Source of the DNA: a virus
Taxonomy: Duplodnaviria > Caudoviricetes
Reading direction: 5' to 3' (one strand)
Virus record (IMG/VR): IMGVR_UViG_2030936005_000025
Location: 128,001-192,000 of that record
DNA: 64,000 nt
Shown here in pieces: positions 55,130 to 63,995 of this stretch (position 1 is the stretch's first letter; every line of letters starts with the position of its first letter). Made by a program: the position numbers and the translations under genes. The notes under the pieces were generated by a model. The model was not told where the DNA came from. It saw nothing but the letters and a program-made list of their open reading frames with translations, and searched no databases.

Positions 55130-56902
55130 TTATTTCGCTTCAGTCTTTAATTGCAGATAACGTGTTTGGATATTTGGTTTTGTATCCGTTCCCATATTAA
55201 CTTTGATTGCAAGGTGACCATTCTCAACCTTACCTTTCAAAATCAAGTTACCGTCATTGGTAACACCTACACCTGCATTATGACCCATTGACCATTGCTC
55301 AAGAATATCAACCGATCCTGTTACTGTAGTGATGTCAGCAATCTGTTTGATATCTGGAGTGAAGTAATAAGACACACCGGCTTCGTAACGAGTTTTGGAA
55401 GTCGCAGTGATCATTGGAATAACGTTTCTGGTGTATGGTTTCAACTGCACATAGACCATTACCTTTCCAGCCGCTACTTTCACATACTTGGCTGCTAAGA
55501 CAGGGCTTGATCCAACAGGTTGAAGTGTCGCACCTACTCCGCCGTTCTGAAGAAGATGAATACGAATCAAGGTATTACCGCCACCTTGTCTTACACCATC
55601 AACGTCATCAAGAGCAGTGCCTGTAGAAAGAATGTTTCCACAGCCAACCATGTTGATATCGAGACTGTCTCCTTCCTCAGACATGTAGAACATACCGAGT
55701 TGGAACCAAGCCAGACCATTGGTCATGTTGGTCATCTTGTAACGCGACATCAATGTACCCGGTTCCAATGAACGTTCGACATAAACCCCATATGGGTTGA
55801 TATCAACACGACCACGTTCCCATTCACTTAACCACTGATCTGAATCATCGCGAGTATAGTCAATGCCTGACAGGTTACCCTGGATGTTCTTATTGATCTC
55901 AGTTAACTGAGCACAAGACACTTTCAACTGTGAGTTACAGTCTTCCATGCTGAGGTTTTCAATTGTCCAGTGACCACCGCTCAACGTACCTGGGTTATCA
56001 CTGTGTTCAATCCAACCGTTGCGAATAAGTGCTTGAGTACAACGCTGAAGATCAAAGACTTTCCCAACACGATGGTTCTGGATGTTAAAGTTAGTCAGCT
56101 CTAACGCAGTAGAGTGATTCCAGCTTCCTTTGGCTTGATCAGACCATCCACCGACAATTACATCACCCGTACACTGACTGGTATAGAACTGATCGATCTT
56201 ACTGTCCAGGGTATCTAATAGACTGATGCACTTTCCACCGATCTTGTTGAACTTAATACAACGTCCATTGAAATACTGACCGCCGGCAACATTGTTACGG
56301 AAGATACCTTTCTTGTTGGGTTTATCAACAGTACTTACACCTTCAAATATAATGTTGCTGATTTCTACCCAACGATGTTTGACATCGATCAGGAATTCTT
56401 CAACAGGCTGACCTTTGTCATCAACCGGACCTGTATCAGTTACAATAAAGGTACTGGCAAAATAACCAAAGTTGACAGGAGGGCCTGAGATACGGAAATA
56501 ACTGGACTCTGTTAGCATGCTGAGTTTAGACAAGAATAATTTACCTGAAGGGAGTTGAATACCAAGCCCTGGGTAATTACTAAATGTCCACTTATGCATA
56601 GCCAATGCAGCATCGGCGATATCTGTCTTGCCGTCAGCAATTGCACCAAACTCAAGAACAGTAAGTTTGGATGGATCACTAACAACACGTTCCCAATAGT
56701 AATCTTTACCGTGAGCGATGATACCACCGTCACTGTACTTCTGTACTACGTTTCTGTTTACCAAGTAACCGATGAAATATCCACCACCGACATTCGTTCC
56801 TTCGTTCCAGCCAGTCAACAGAACCCTCTGTCCTTGTTCCGTGGGTTTGGTTGCTTTGAGTGCTGCATACGACGATATCAGAGTTACCTCAGTACTTGAC
56901 AT
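55130..56902 (-). CDS. AmsF/WceF-like or tailspike-like right-handed beta-helix protein (EPS-active)
   Basis: N-terminal ...GWNEGTNVGGGYF...WERV domain, pectate-lyase-3-type start TVLEFGAIADGKTD, repeated beta-helix rungs. Confidence 0.65.
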   Translation of the reverse strand: MSSTEVTLISSYAALKATKPTEQGQRVLLTGWNEGTNVGGGYFIGYLVNRNVVQKYSDGGIIAHGKDYYWERVVSDPSKLTVLEFGAIADGKTDIADAALAMHKWTFSNYPGLGIQLPSGKLFLSKLSMLTESSYFRISGPPVNFGYFASTFIVTDTGPVDDKGQPVEEFLIDVKHRWVEISNIIFEGVSTVDKPNKKGIFRNNVAGGQYFNGRCIKFNKIGGKCISLLDTLDSKIDQFYTSQCTGDVIVGGWSDQAKGSWNHSTALELTNFNIQNHRVGKVFDLQRCTQALIRNGWIEHSDNPGTLSGGHWTIENLSMEDCNSQLKVSCAQLTEINKNIQGNLSGIDYTRDDSDQWLSEWERGRVDINPYGVYVERSLEPGTLMSRYKMTNMTNGLAWFQLGMFYMSEEGDSLDINMVGCGNILSTGTALDDVDGVRQGGGNTLIRIHLLQNGGVGATLQPVGSSPVLAAKYVKVAAGKVMVYVQLKPYTRNVIPMITATSKTRYEAGVSYYFTPDIKQIADITTVTGSVDILEQWSMGHNAGVGVTNDGNLILKGKVENGHLAIKVNMGTDTKPNIQTRYLQLKTEAK

Positions 56903-56984
56903 GCTAAACTCCTATTTCTAATTGCAGGTGATGTGTAACTTATGCTACACATATTATAAATGACAAAAATAAATAGAAGAATAA

Positions 56985-57014
56985 ACTCCTACTACCCGAT
57001 TGGGTAGTAGGAGT
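56985..57014 (-). terminator. Hairpin
   Basis: ACTCCTACTACCC-GATT-GGGTAGTAGGAGT. Confidence 0.8.
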
Positions 57015-57021
57015 AGATGGA

Positions 57022-58581
57022 TTAACGACCGTGCAGTGGATTCCGTTTCGACTGATGAGGATTCTCAAGAGCAACGCGACGCATTGACTGGAATTTGCGG
57101 AATGCTTCATCCTGCGTCATCTGACCACCTGCTTCAGCGATCTGACGGAATGCACGAGGTTGTTTACCATCTGGCTTAGTGTGACTGTACATGAAACGAG
57201 TATGGGTAGGTGTCCAGACCATTTTGTATTCACAGAAGAAATTACCATTCACATCGTTGATAATAAACTTCTGATTAATAACAACATTGGAAGTTGTTTC
57301 AATCTCCGTTGCAGTTGGCTTTGGTTCAAAATGATTAGTGAGGAACTTGATCATCCCAGAGAAGTCAAATGGACGTTGCTGACGCTGCTTACCCAGATTA
57401 GGGTCGACATTCAGGAATGAGATTCGACCTTCCAGCGCTGGGTCAATACCAATGATTAAATCAACGACACGCTGTTGATGTTCATGGAGTCCTTCACCAT
57501 GTACCGGGCAAGCTGGATCTTCGCATTTAGCTTCGGACAGGAATGGGAAGTCAAATCCGCGAACGATATTCTCAGATGAGAAATTTTCCTGTTCTGGTTT
57601 ACGAGATTCCTTTTTAACCATACTCTCCAGCAGTGCTGGGTTAATACCGAACATTTTAACCATGGCTACTTTCATGATTTCTTTGTTGATAATATCTTCG
57701 TTCAGTACTTCGCCTTTGGCTTGGCGATGAACCAGGTCAGCCCACAGATCTGGATGAACTTCTTTAATAATGTCCAGATATTTACCCATGCCTTTGTCTT
57801 CCTTAACTTCTTCTTTTGGTTGAGTGGAAACTTGAGGTGCCGGTTGAGCAATAGCCTCATCAAGCAGATCGTCGATAATCATACCGCGTTTACGGGGATC
57901 TGCCTTTTCAAACTTATCCCAGTCATGTGGCATGATCAGTATGTTACGGCAGATTTTCTCTTGGTCTAAAGAGCGATGAATGATTGATTTGATGGTGGCT
58001 TTGGTATTTACTGGATCACCGCTTTCACCTTTAACCAGGCTGACCATTGAGTTCCAGATCATGGAACACTCTTGAGAAAAGCGGGTTGATTCAGAATCGA
58101 ACTGAATCACAGACTGGGTCAGATGTTCAGTACCCATGAAGTGGACAAAACGTTCTTGACCTTCATAGATGGTTTGTTGACCCCATACCTGAAACCCTTC
58201 TTTCTTTTCTTCTGACACTTTTTGTTCCTTGTTTTCAGTTAACTTAGTAATGGTTTTCTCAATGACACGTGCCAGACTTTTGACTTCGTGTGCCTTGAAT
58301 TTCTTACATGCTTCTTTCCAGATATCGATCACGCGATATCCGCGGACTTCAGGAAGACCCTGAATGAATTCAACAGAAATGAGATCGGTTGCGATAGTGA
58401 TATTTTTGTCATCGCCTTGCAGGAAACCTGTTTCAACGACATCGAAGTTTGCCATGATGTCTTTGATCAAAGCTTCACGTTTAATATCGGTACCGCTCAG
58501 ACCATATTCAGAGAAGTCGATGATCAGTGGACAGTTAACAACAACTTCGACTACATGGCGTTTAGTATCTTCGAGTTTCAT
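57022..58581 (-). CDS. Hypothetical multi-segment protein (519 aa)
   Basis: GGAG SD; contains CEDPACPVH and IIGIDP motifs. Confidence 0.7.
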   Translation of the reverse strand: MKLEDTKRHVVEVVVNCPLIIDFSEYGLSGTDIKREALIKDIMANFDVVETGFLQGDDKNITIATDLISVEFIQGLPEVRGYRVIDIWKEACKKFKAHEVKSLARVIEKTITKLTENKEQKVSEEKKEGFQVWGQQTIYEGQERFVHFMGTEHLTQSVIQFDSESTRFSQECSMIWNSMVSLVKGESGDPVNTKATIKSIIHRSLDQEKICRNILIMPHDWDKFEKADPRKRGMIIDDLLDEAIAQPAPQVSTQPKEEVKEDKGMGKYLDIIKEVHPDLWADLVHRQAKGEVLNEDIINKEIMKVAMVKMFGINPALLESMVKKESRKPEQENFSSENIVRGFDFPFLSEAKCEDPACPVHGEGLHEHQQRVVDLIIGIDPALEGRISFLNVDPNLGKQRQQRPFDFSGMIKFLTNHFEPKPTATEIETTSNVVINQKFIINDVNGNFFCEYKMVWTPTHTRFMYSHTKPDGKQPRAFRQIAEAGGQMTQDEAFRKFQSMRRVALENPHQSKRNPLHGR

Positions 58582-58607
58582 TTCTTTTCTCCAACATAAA
58601 TAAGAAA

Positions 58608-58625
58608 GGGAACCGTTTGGTTCCC
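58608..58625 (-). terminator. Hairpin
   Basis: GGGAACC-GTTT-GGTTCCC. Confidence 0.65.
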
Positions 58626-58636
58626 CTGGAATAGGT

Positions 58637-59146
58637 TTACTGACCGACGTGCTTGTTCATTAAGAACTGAAGCGGAAGACGAGTGACTGTTTCCAGTCCG
58701 AACTTGTCATCGACATAGCAGCAGGTCATGTGAATAGGTTCCAGTGTTTCAAGGAACAGCTGATCAACCTTGGAACTGTGAATGGTGACATTCAGGCTAT
58801 TTGCCAGATTCACATCAAACAGTTCGGAGTTATTCAGATACGGGCAATTCAGCTTGACATTGCGCAGCGTTAAACCACCTTCAAGTATAGGTGCATCATC
58901 ATCCTTAAACGTGATGAGGTTATCATTTCCGATCAAGGTCAAGGACAATTTACCTTTGTCCAGTTTGTCGGTCAGTTCATTCGCCAGCTCAACGAGGGGA
59001 TCCATCGTATCATCAGTAATAGACTCGGCCCAAGCTTGTGTAACAGAATGACGGATCAACAGGGAGCCATCAGTATTGGTGTCCAGAACTTTGATTGTGC
59101 CTGCGGTGTAACCTTTACCTAAAATGACAACGTGTTTGTTTGGCAT
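58637..59146 (-). CDS. Hypothetical protein, paralog of 59687..60133
   Basis: Alignable GT(I/L)...GSL.I and G.L.L.L.G segments. Confidence 0.65.
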   Translation of the reverse strand: MPNKHVVILGKGYTAGTIKVLDTNTDGSLLIRHSVTQAWAESITDDTMDPLVELANELTDKLDKGKLSLTLIGNDNLITFKDDDAPILEGGLTLRNVKLNCPYLNNSELFDVNLANSLNVTIHSSKVDQLFLETLEPIHMTCCYVDDKFGLETVTRLPLQFLMNKHVGQ

Positions 59147-59174
59147 AATGATTCTCTCTAAACTAATAAAAGAA

Positions 59175-59200
59175 GTAACCCTCCAGTGACGGAGGGTTAC
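59175..59200 (-). terminator. Hairpin
   Basis: GTAACCCTCC-AGTGAC-GGAGGGTTAC. Confidence 0.75.
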
Positions 59201-59219
59201 GTTTAAGGGTGTGTATCAG

Positions 59220-59678
59220 TTAGCCTGCGATAACAGGTGCGGCAAAGCGATGCAGTTCAGCCAGCATACGTTCTACACGTTTGTAGATGCGTTGTTCCTG
59301 GACCGATTCGACAGTGCAGTCAACAACGTGATGTTCAACTACATAGCTTGACTGTGGATCAGTAATCCACAGACCCATGCGCAGACTGTACATGTCGTCG
59401 CCAATTGGGATCAGTGTCAGACGAACAACAATTGGACGATTGATCTGAAGCAGATCAACAGTTTGGCTGATTTTCAGCTCTTTATGAAGAGAGCTTAATT
59501 TGAGCTCACCTTCTTCCAACCCTTCCATACCCAGAGCAGAGCTTTCACCGATACAGGTGCGCAGTTGGGCACTGACTGCATTACGCACAGTACCAAAAGG
59601 ACTGCTTGCCAGTTCGGTGATATCAGCAGCATTGAGTTCAGGGAGCAGGAGGGTAAGACGTTGTTGCAAGTTAAGCAT
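59220..59678 (-). CDS. Hypothetical protein (152 aa)
   Basis: GAGG SD. Confidence 0.65.
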   Translation of the reverse strand: MLNLQQRLTLLLPELNAADITELASSPFGTVRNAVSAQLRTCIGESSALGMEGLEEGELKLSSLHKELKISQTVDLLQINRPIVVRLTLIPIGDDMYSLRMGLWITDPQSSYVVEHHVVDCTVESVQEQRIYKRVERMLAELHRFAAPVIAG

Positions 59679-59686
59679 GACTACCT

Positions 59687-60133
59687 CTATACAGGTTGGT
59701 TACGAAAATAAGACATATGGTTATGTGAAACCCGCTTTGGTAATGCATCGTAATTACATTCATCGAACGATACCATACCAAACTGTGTGACACCCATAAA
59801 TGCCAGGGTGGAATTACGAATCTTACATCTCGGTTTCAGAGAAATGAAATGCAGATTACCATTTTCGATCTGAGGGTCATAAAGATGGCATGAACTTAAA
59901 CACACATCACCCTTCAGTGAAAATCCCTTTTGTTCAAGTATAGTGTTATACCCGAACAGTCGCAAATTGAGTTCACCGGAATTAAGAGCAGTCTCTAAAT
60001 CATTCCAAGCTTCATAAGCCGGGCTAATCTCCGGCTTACCCAAAGGCTTAAAGGAAATATGCAGAGACCCACTGTTCTCCAGATCATCAATTACTAATGT
60101 ACCCTTACTAACAGCAAATTGCAATCTCTGCAT
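59687..60133 (-). CDS. Hypothetical protein, paralog of 58637..59146
   Basis: GAGG SD; alignable motifs. Confidence 0.65.
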   Translation of the reverse strand: MQRLQFAVSKGTLVIDDLENSGSLHISFKPLGKPEISPAYEAWNDLETALNSGELNLRLFGYNTILEQKGFSLKGDVCLSSCHLYDPQIENGNLHFISLKPRCKIRNSTLAFMGVTQFGMVSFDECNYDALPKRVSHNHMSYFRNQPV

Positions 60134-60144
60134 AATAACCTCAC

Positions 60145-60402
60145 TTACTCTTGGTCAGCATAACGTTGCTTATTACGAATATCAGAAAAGAGTTCACCGT
60201 GATTTTTACGCGGTTTATTACAACACCAACCATCACAACTCTTAGGTGTCACAGCAACCCTACCGATAACTCTCTTATCAGTTTGAGTTCCCACTTCACG
60301 ACCAATGAGTGTATAGCCAGCCGCATAATAGCGGGTGCAGTTCTTTTTCTTCAATGCGAGTTTGTCACGACGATAAGCACGAGTACGAGCCATAATAAAC
60401 AT
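60145..60402 (-). CDS. Small basic Cys-containing protein
   Basis: RTRAYRR...TPKSCDGWCCNKPRK. Confidence 0.65.
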   Translation of the reverse strand: MFIMARTRAYRRDKLALKKKNCTRYYAAGYTLIGREVGTQTDKRVIGRVAVTPKSCDGWCCNKPRKNHGELFSDIRNKQRYADQE

Positions 60403-60477
60403 TCCGAGTTACGGGACCGACAACATGCCGGCCCCTTCTTAGTTTTTCGGAATGGCGTGCTGATCTCAGCTTTTTGA

Positions 60478-60801
60478 TCATGCGGTTAATGTTACCTTAC
60501 GTTTGTAATCGGCGATAAAACGAGGATGAGTGACGATGCGATAACCGCCAGCCGGCGTCAGTCCCAGTACAACTTTGTTGAGAGAGACACCGTTGATGAT
60601 GACTTCGAGAATCATCTTGGTCAGATTACGATTGAACCCCCACACTTTAGTGCTCAGGATTTCATCGTGACTGTGCAGTACACGTTCAGTGGTGTGACCC
60701 AGTGAAGAGGTGCCGTTGTTAACACTTGCTACCGCAGCTTGTTCAACCAACTGAATAAGCTTTGAGTCGGTAATGCTGGAATGCAGATATTTCTTTGGCA
60801 T
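60478..60801 (-). CDS. Hypothetical protein (107 aa)
   Basis: TAATG coupling. Confidence 0.6.
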   Translation of the reverse strand: MPKKYLHSSITDSKLIQLVEQAAVASVNNGTSSLGHTTERVLHSHDEILSTKVWGFNRNLTKMILEVIINGVSLNKVVLGLTPAGGYRIVTHPRFIADYKRKVTLTA

Positions 60802-61541
60802 TAGTTCAATGTCCAGGAGAAGCCTTTCTCGGTCAGGCCGAGGGCGATTAACGTGATGATACCCAGATCAAGGTAACGCTGACAGATCTTGACTTCAGGG
60901 TTGTTAGGATCTTTGTGACGAGGTAATGCATTGTAACTGACGTCACGTTTAATCAACACCAAATTACCCGGTTCTTTGGCTTCAGGATGTGGAGCCAGGA
61001 CATCAACAGAGTAACCGAATTCATCCCACTGCGCTTCGATCATCCCATCGAAGTGATCACGGATTGCATCGAACTGGCTTTCACTGTTCCACAAAGCAAT
61101 GCGATCATGCAGCCCATGGAAGTACCAATGCGTCGCCATACCGCCAACGATATGTTCCAGTAGTTGCTGAGCAACCATTTCCACTGAAGGATCTTTCAAA
61201 GCATCTTCCGGTGACTTATCCAGATCTTCCTGCTGGAAAGTAATGGCCCATGGCTTCCCATTAAGGAAAGTTGTTGCAGTACCAACTGGACGATTACGCC
61301 AGGCTTTACGGTCAGTGATCTTCTTCCCATCAGTTAACGCATCGAGTGGGTTACGAGCTACGTTGAACTCAAAGAGTTCGAACTCACCGGTATTTTGATC
61401 TGTGATCAACTTGTACGTTTTCTTGAAACCGTTCGTTTCTTTGAAAGTACTGACGACATCATAAATGACATCTTTGACCATTGCAGTAAGTGCAGGCTGA
61501 AGTCGCATAGCCTGTTGGAGGGTGTAATGTACCTTACTCAT
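60801..61541 (-). CDS. Hypothetical protein (246 aa)
   Basis: AAGGA SD; ATGA overlap. Confidence 0.65.
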   Translation of the reverse strand: MSKVHYTLQQAMRLQPALTAMVKDVIYDVVSTFKETNGFKKTYKLITDQNTGEFELFEFNVARNPLDALTDGKKITDRKAWRNRPVGTATTFLNGKPWAITFQQEDLDKSPEDALKDPSVEMVAQQLLEHIVGGMATHWYFHGLHDRIALWNSESQFDAIRDHFDGMIEAQWDEFGYSVDVLAPHPEAKEPGNLVLIKRDVSYNALPRHKDPNNPEVKICQRYLDLGIITLIALGLTEKGFSWTLN

Positions 61542-61858
61542 TTAATTTCCTTTATGCGGAGTTTCATGAAAGCTTCTGTAAGATCCTTGATCAATTTACT
61601 TTCTACTTTCTTTTTGAGAAGGGAATCGTTACTGAGTATGAATGGATCAATGCGTTTGTCATTAATCGCTCCAGCTATCTCAATACGATCATCGTTATAA
61701 AGAGGGAGAAGTCCGGTACTGTATAACGCGATAGAATAATTGTCATCAAGCTTTCCCTTCTTAAAGAAAGCCCGATCTAATTCTTCCGTTACTACTTTCG
61801 TTAATACAATCTCAACGAACTTCTCTATCCGGGGTTGATGCTTCTTGGGTACCGGCAT
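61538..61858 (-). CDS. Hypothetical protein (106 aa)
   Basis: ORF tiling. Confidence 0.55.
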   Translation of the reverse strand: MPVPKKHQPRIEKFVEIVLTKVVTEELDRAFFKKGKLDDNYSIALYSTGLLPLYNDDRIEIAGAINDKRIDPFILSNDSLLKKKVESKLIKDLTEAFMKLRIKEIK

Positions 61859-61870
61859 TAAAAGGTTAAC

Positions 61871-62419
61871 TTAAAGAGCGATGTCGTGGGTGATTAAATC
61901 AGCCAGGAGATAGTCACCGAACAATTTCAGAGTGCGACGCATCAGTTCGTGTGATGAGGTCATTAACTCTGGATCGATTGACAATTCTGTATTGGCTGCT
62001 TCTTCCAGTGCATAAAGCACGTTGTTGGGATTGGCAGTTTGTGCAATCATCAGTCGACGTGAATCAACATCACAATGGAACTTCACTGTCAGGCCAATCA
62101 CTGAATCGTGACTGACATTGGTGGTGATTCCGTTGAACATGTCTTCGATGTTTCCTGCTTCATCTGCTTTATCAACAGCCAGTTTGATTAGCAGTTCAGC
62201 GACTGCATGATGGATTTGAGTATTCGGGATTGAATAAATATCCTTATCGAAATAGAAATCATTGATTACCCAATGTGCATCCAAGGTATTACGAACAAAC
62301 TTGATCGTCAGTTCTTCACCAACGCCCGCATCGATAATGTAAGAACCATTTTCGATATTAGTCAGTGAAGCAAGTAGCGCCCCACTGATCTTTTCTACTA
62401 AAGCAGCATTAAGCAGCAT
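61871..62419 (-). CDS. Hypothetical protein (182 aa)
   Basis: TAAGGA SD. Confidence 0.65.
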   Translation of the reverse strand: MLLNAALVEKISGALLASLTNIENGSYIIDAGVGEELTIKFVRNTLDAHWVINDFYFDKDIYSIPNTQIHHAVAELLIKLAVDKADEAGNIEDMFNGITTNVSHDSVIGLTVKFHCDVDSRRLMIAQTANPNNVLYALEEAANTELSIDPELMTSSHELMRRTLKLFGDYLLADLITHDIAL

Positions 62420-62431
62420 GTCAACTTGTCC

Positions 62432-62992
62432 TTAAATAACGAAAGGTTTGAAATCATTGAAGCTCATATGAGCCGCAATAGTTTTAGGAATGCACAGAGC
62501 AGGGGACAGCGGGAACTCACCATTAGAGAACTCACGCAGTTCGACAGGTTTGCCATTCTGATCTTTGATCAAGATACCATTGGTATCTAAGCTAACTGAA
62601 TACCCGCCTGGCAGCTCTAGTGTGGTTGGTTTGACACGACGGTTGCTTACCGCGCTGATCAGTTTCATCAGAGAGAAATCGGCGAGTAATGCATTGTCAT
62701 ACAGTGCATCGATACTGCGTTGTAACAGTGTGTTATACAACGCTTCAGAGTTCTGCTTGATGTCAAACAGTTGGTCAGCAGTAACTTTGTCACGATAGAC
62801 AATGCAGTTTGCTACTTTACCGATAATGATGATCTTGTCTTCCAAGCCGGGTTTGAGTTCAACTTCCACGTCGACACCGCCGGTCAACAGAATTGGATGG
62901 TTACCCTTTTTAGTTTCCGGGGTAACGTTCATCAGAAAGGAAGTGATAGAGCGAGCAGCTTGTTCAATGATCAGTTTAGAGATAACGGCCAT
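62432..62992 (-). CDS. Hypothetical early protein (186 aa)
   Basis: AAGGA SD; first gene after an early promoter motif. Confidence 0.65.
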   Translation of the reverse strand: MAVISKLIIEQAARSITSFLMNVTPETKKGNHPILLTGGVDVEVELKPGLEDKIIIIGKVANCIVYRDKVTADQLFDIKQNSEALYNTLLQRSIDALYDNALLADFSLMKLISAVSNRRVKPTTLELPGGYSVSLDTNGILIKDQNGKPVELREFSNGEFPLSPALCIPKTIAAHMSFNDFKPFVI

Positions 62993-63028
62993 GATTAATG
63001 TTCCTTGGGTTAAAAAGGTTAGAGTTTA

Positions 63029-63060
63029 TACATAGTAATAATGTCTAGCTAAAAAATAAT
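63029..63060 (-). promoter_or_regulatory. Putative early promoter (variant)
   Basis: TAGCTAGACATTAT-TACT-ATGTA. Confidence 0.55.
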
Positions 63061-63089
63061 GTAGATGAAAAAAGAAAATAGATAATAGA

Positions 63090-63117
63090 CCTCTACTACC
63101 TAATCAGGTAGTAGAGG
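63090..63117 (-). terminator. Hairpin with T-tract
   Basis: CCTCTACTACC-TAATCA-GGTAGTAGAGG. Confidence 0.8.
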
Positions 63118-63123
63118 AATAAA

Positions 63124-63561
63124 TTACAAAGCTGAACGGAAAGGAATACCCCACGTAGGGAGACGTTGAAGACCTAGCTTTTTATACTGAATCGCTATGC
63201 ACTCAATCTCTCTGAACTTCATGGGACCTTTTGGTTTACCAACGATTAAGGGAACACCACCTGGATACTGAGTGATATAACAACAACCACCGGTCCATTT
63301 GACTTTGAACATTGCGCTGCGCAGTAATCCATCGGACCCCATATAACGGAGTCGCATGAATTTGATATTCCAGTAACGAAGTTCTTGAATGTCACTTAAA
63401 AGAAACTTTCTCTTTAAGTCATCAATCTTCTTTTCGTTATACTTACGCCACCCAATCTTGATATCCCACCAACGACGCTGGAACCAATTTGACTTGATGT
63501 CCTTAGCACCACTAACTTCATAGAGAAACTCAGTGATGTTACTGCTGTTGATCTCTCTCAT
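63124..63561 (-). CDS. Hypothetical basic/aromatic protein (145 aa)
   Basis: ORF tiling. Confidence 0.6.
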   Translation of the reverse strand: MREINSSNITEFLYEVSGAKDIKSNWFQRRWWDIKIGWRKYNEKKIDDLKRKFLLSDIQELRYWNIKFMRLRYMGSDGLLRSAMFKVKWTGGCCYITQYPGGVPLIVGKPKGPMKFREIECIAIQYKKLGLQRLPTWGIPFRSAL

Positions 63562-63563
63562 GG

Positions 63564-63995
63564 CTACCAGTCACTTGCCAGAGAGTTTAACTCAGTCAAC
63601 ATCATGTCATACCAGTTAACAGCATCAGTACGATCAATCGAGAAGAAGAAATGAACCATCCCAACTTTGATCCGAACATATTTACCTAACTTCACTTGCG
63701 TCATGGTAACTTCGGCACTGGGGAACCAAGGATAGGTTACGATGATACCAGGTCCGAAATTCCCGTTAGCATATCGGTCACGGATATCATTAATGACGTG
63801 ATGCATTTCGACCTTATGATCCTGAACAAATGCCAACATATTCGCTGCCATCAATTTCTTATCGGCAACGTGCTCAGGGAAGTCAATCCACCAATCACCC
63901 AGTAAACTTTTGGTAATACTGTCATGAGAGAACAACACGTCAACCGGTTTATCTGAAACAGTGGTAGTGTCTACCTGGGACAGAACAGTTTTCAT
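63564..63995 (-). CDS. Hypothetical protein (143 aa)
   Basis: ORF at the window's right edge. Confidence 0.6.
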   Translation of the reverse strand: MKTVLSQVDTTTVSDKPVDVLFSHDSITKSLLGDWWIDFPEHVADKKLMAANMLAFVQDHKVEMHHVINDIRDRYANGNFGPGIIVTYPWFPSAEVTMTQVKLGKYVRIKVGMVHFFFSIDRTDAVNWYDMMLTELNSLASDW

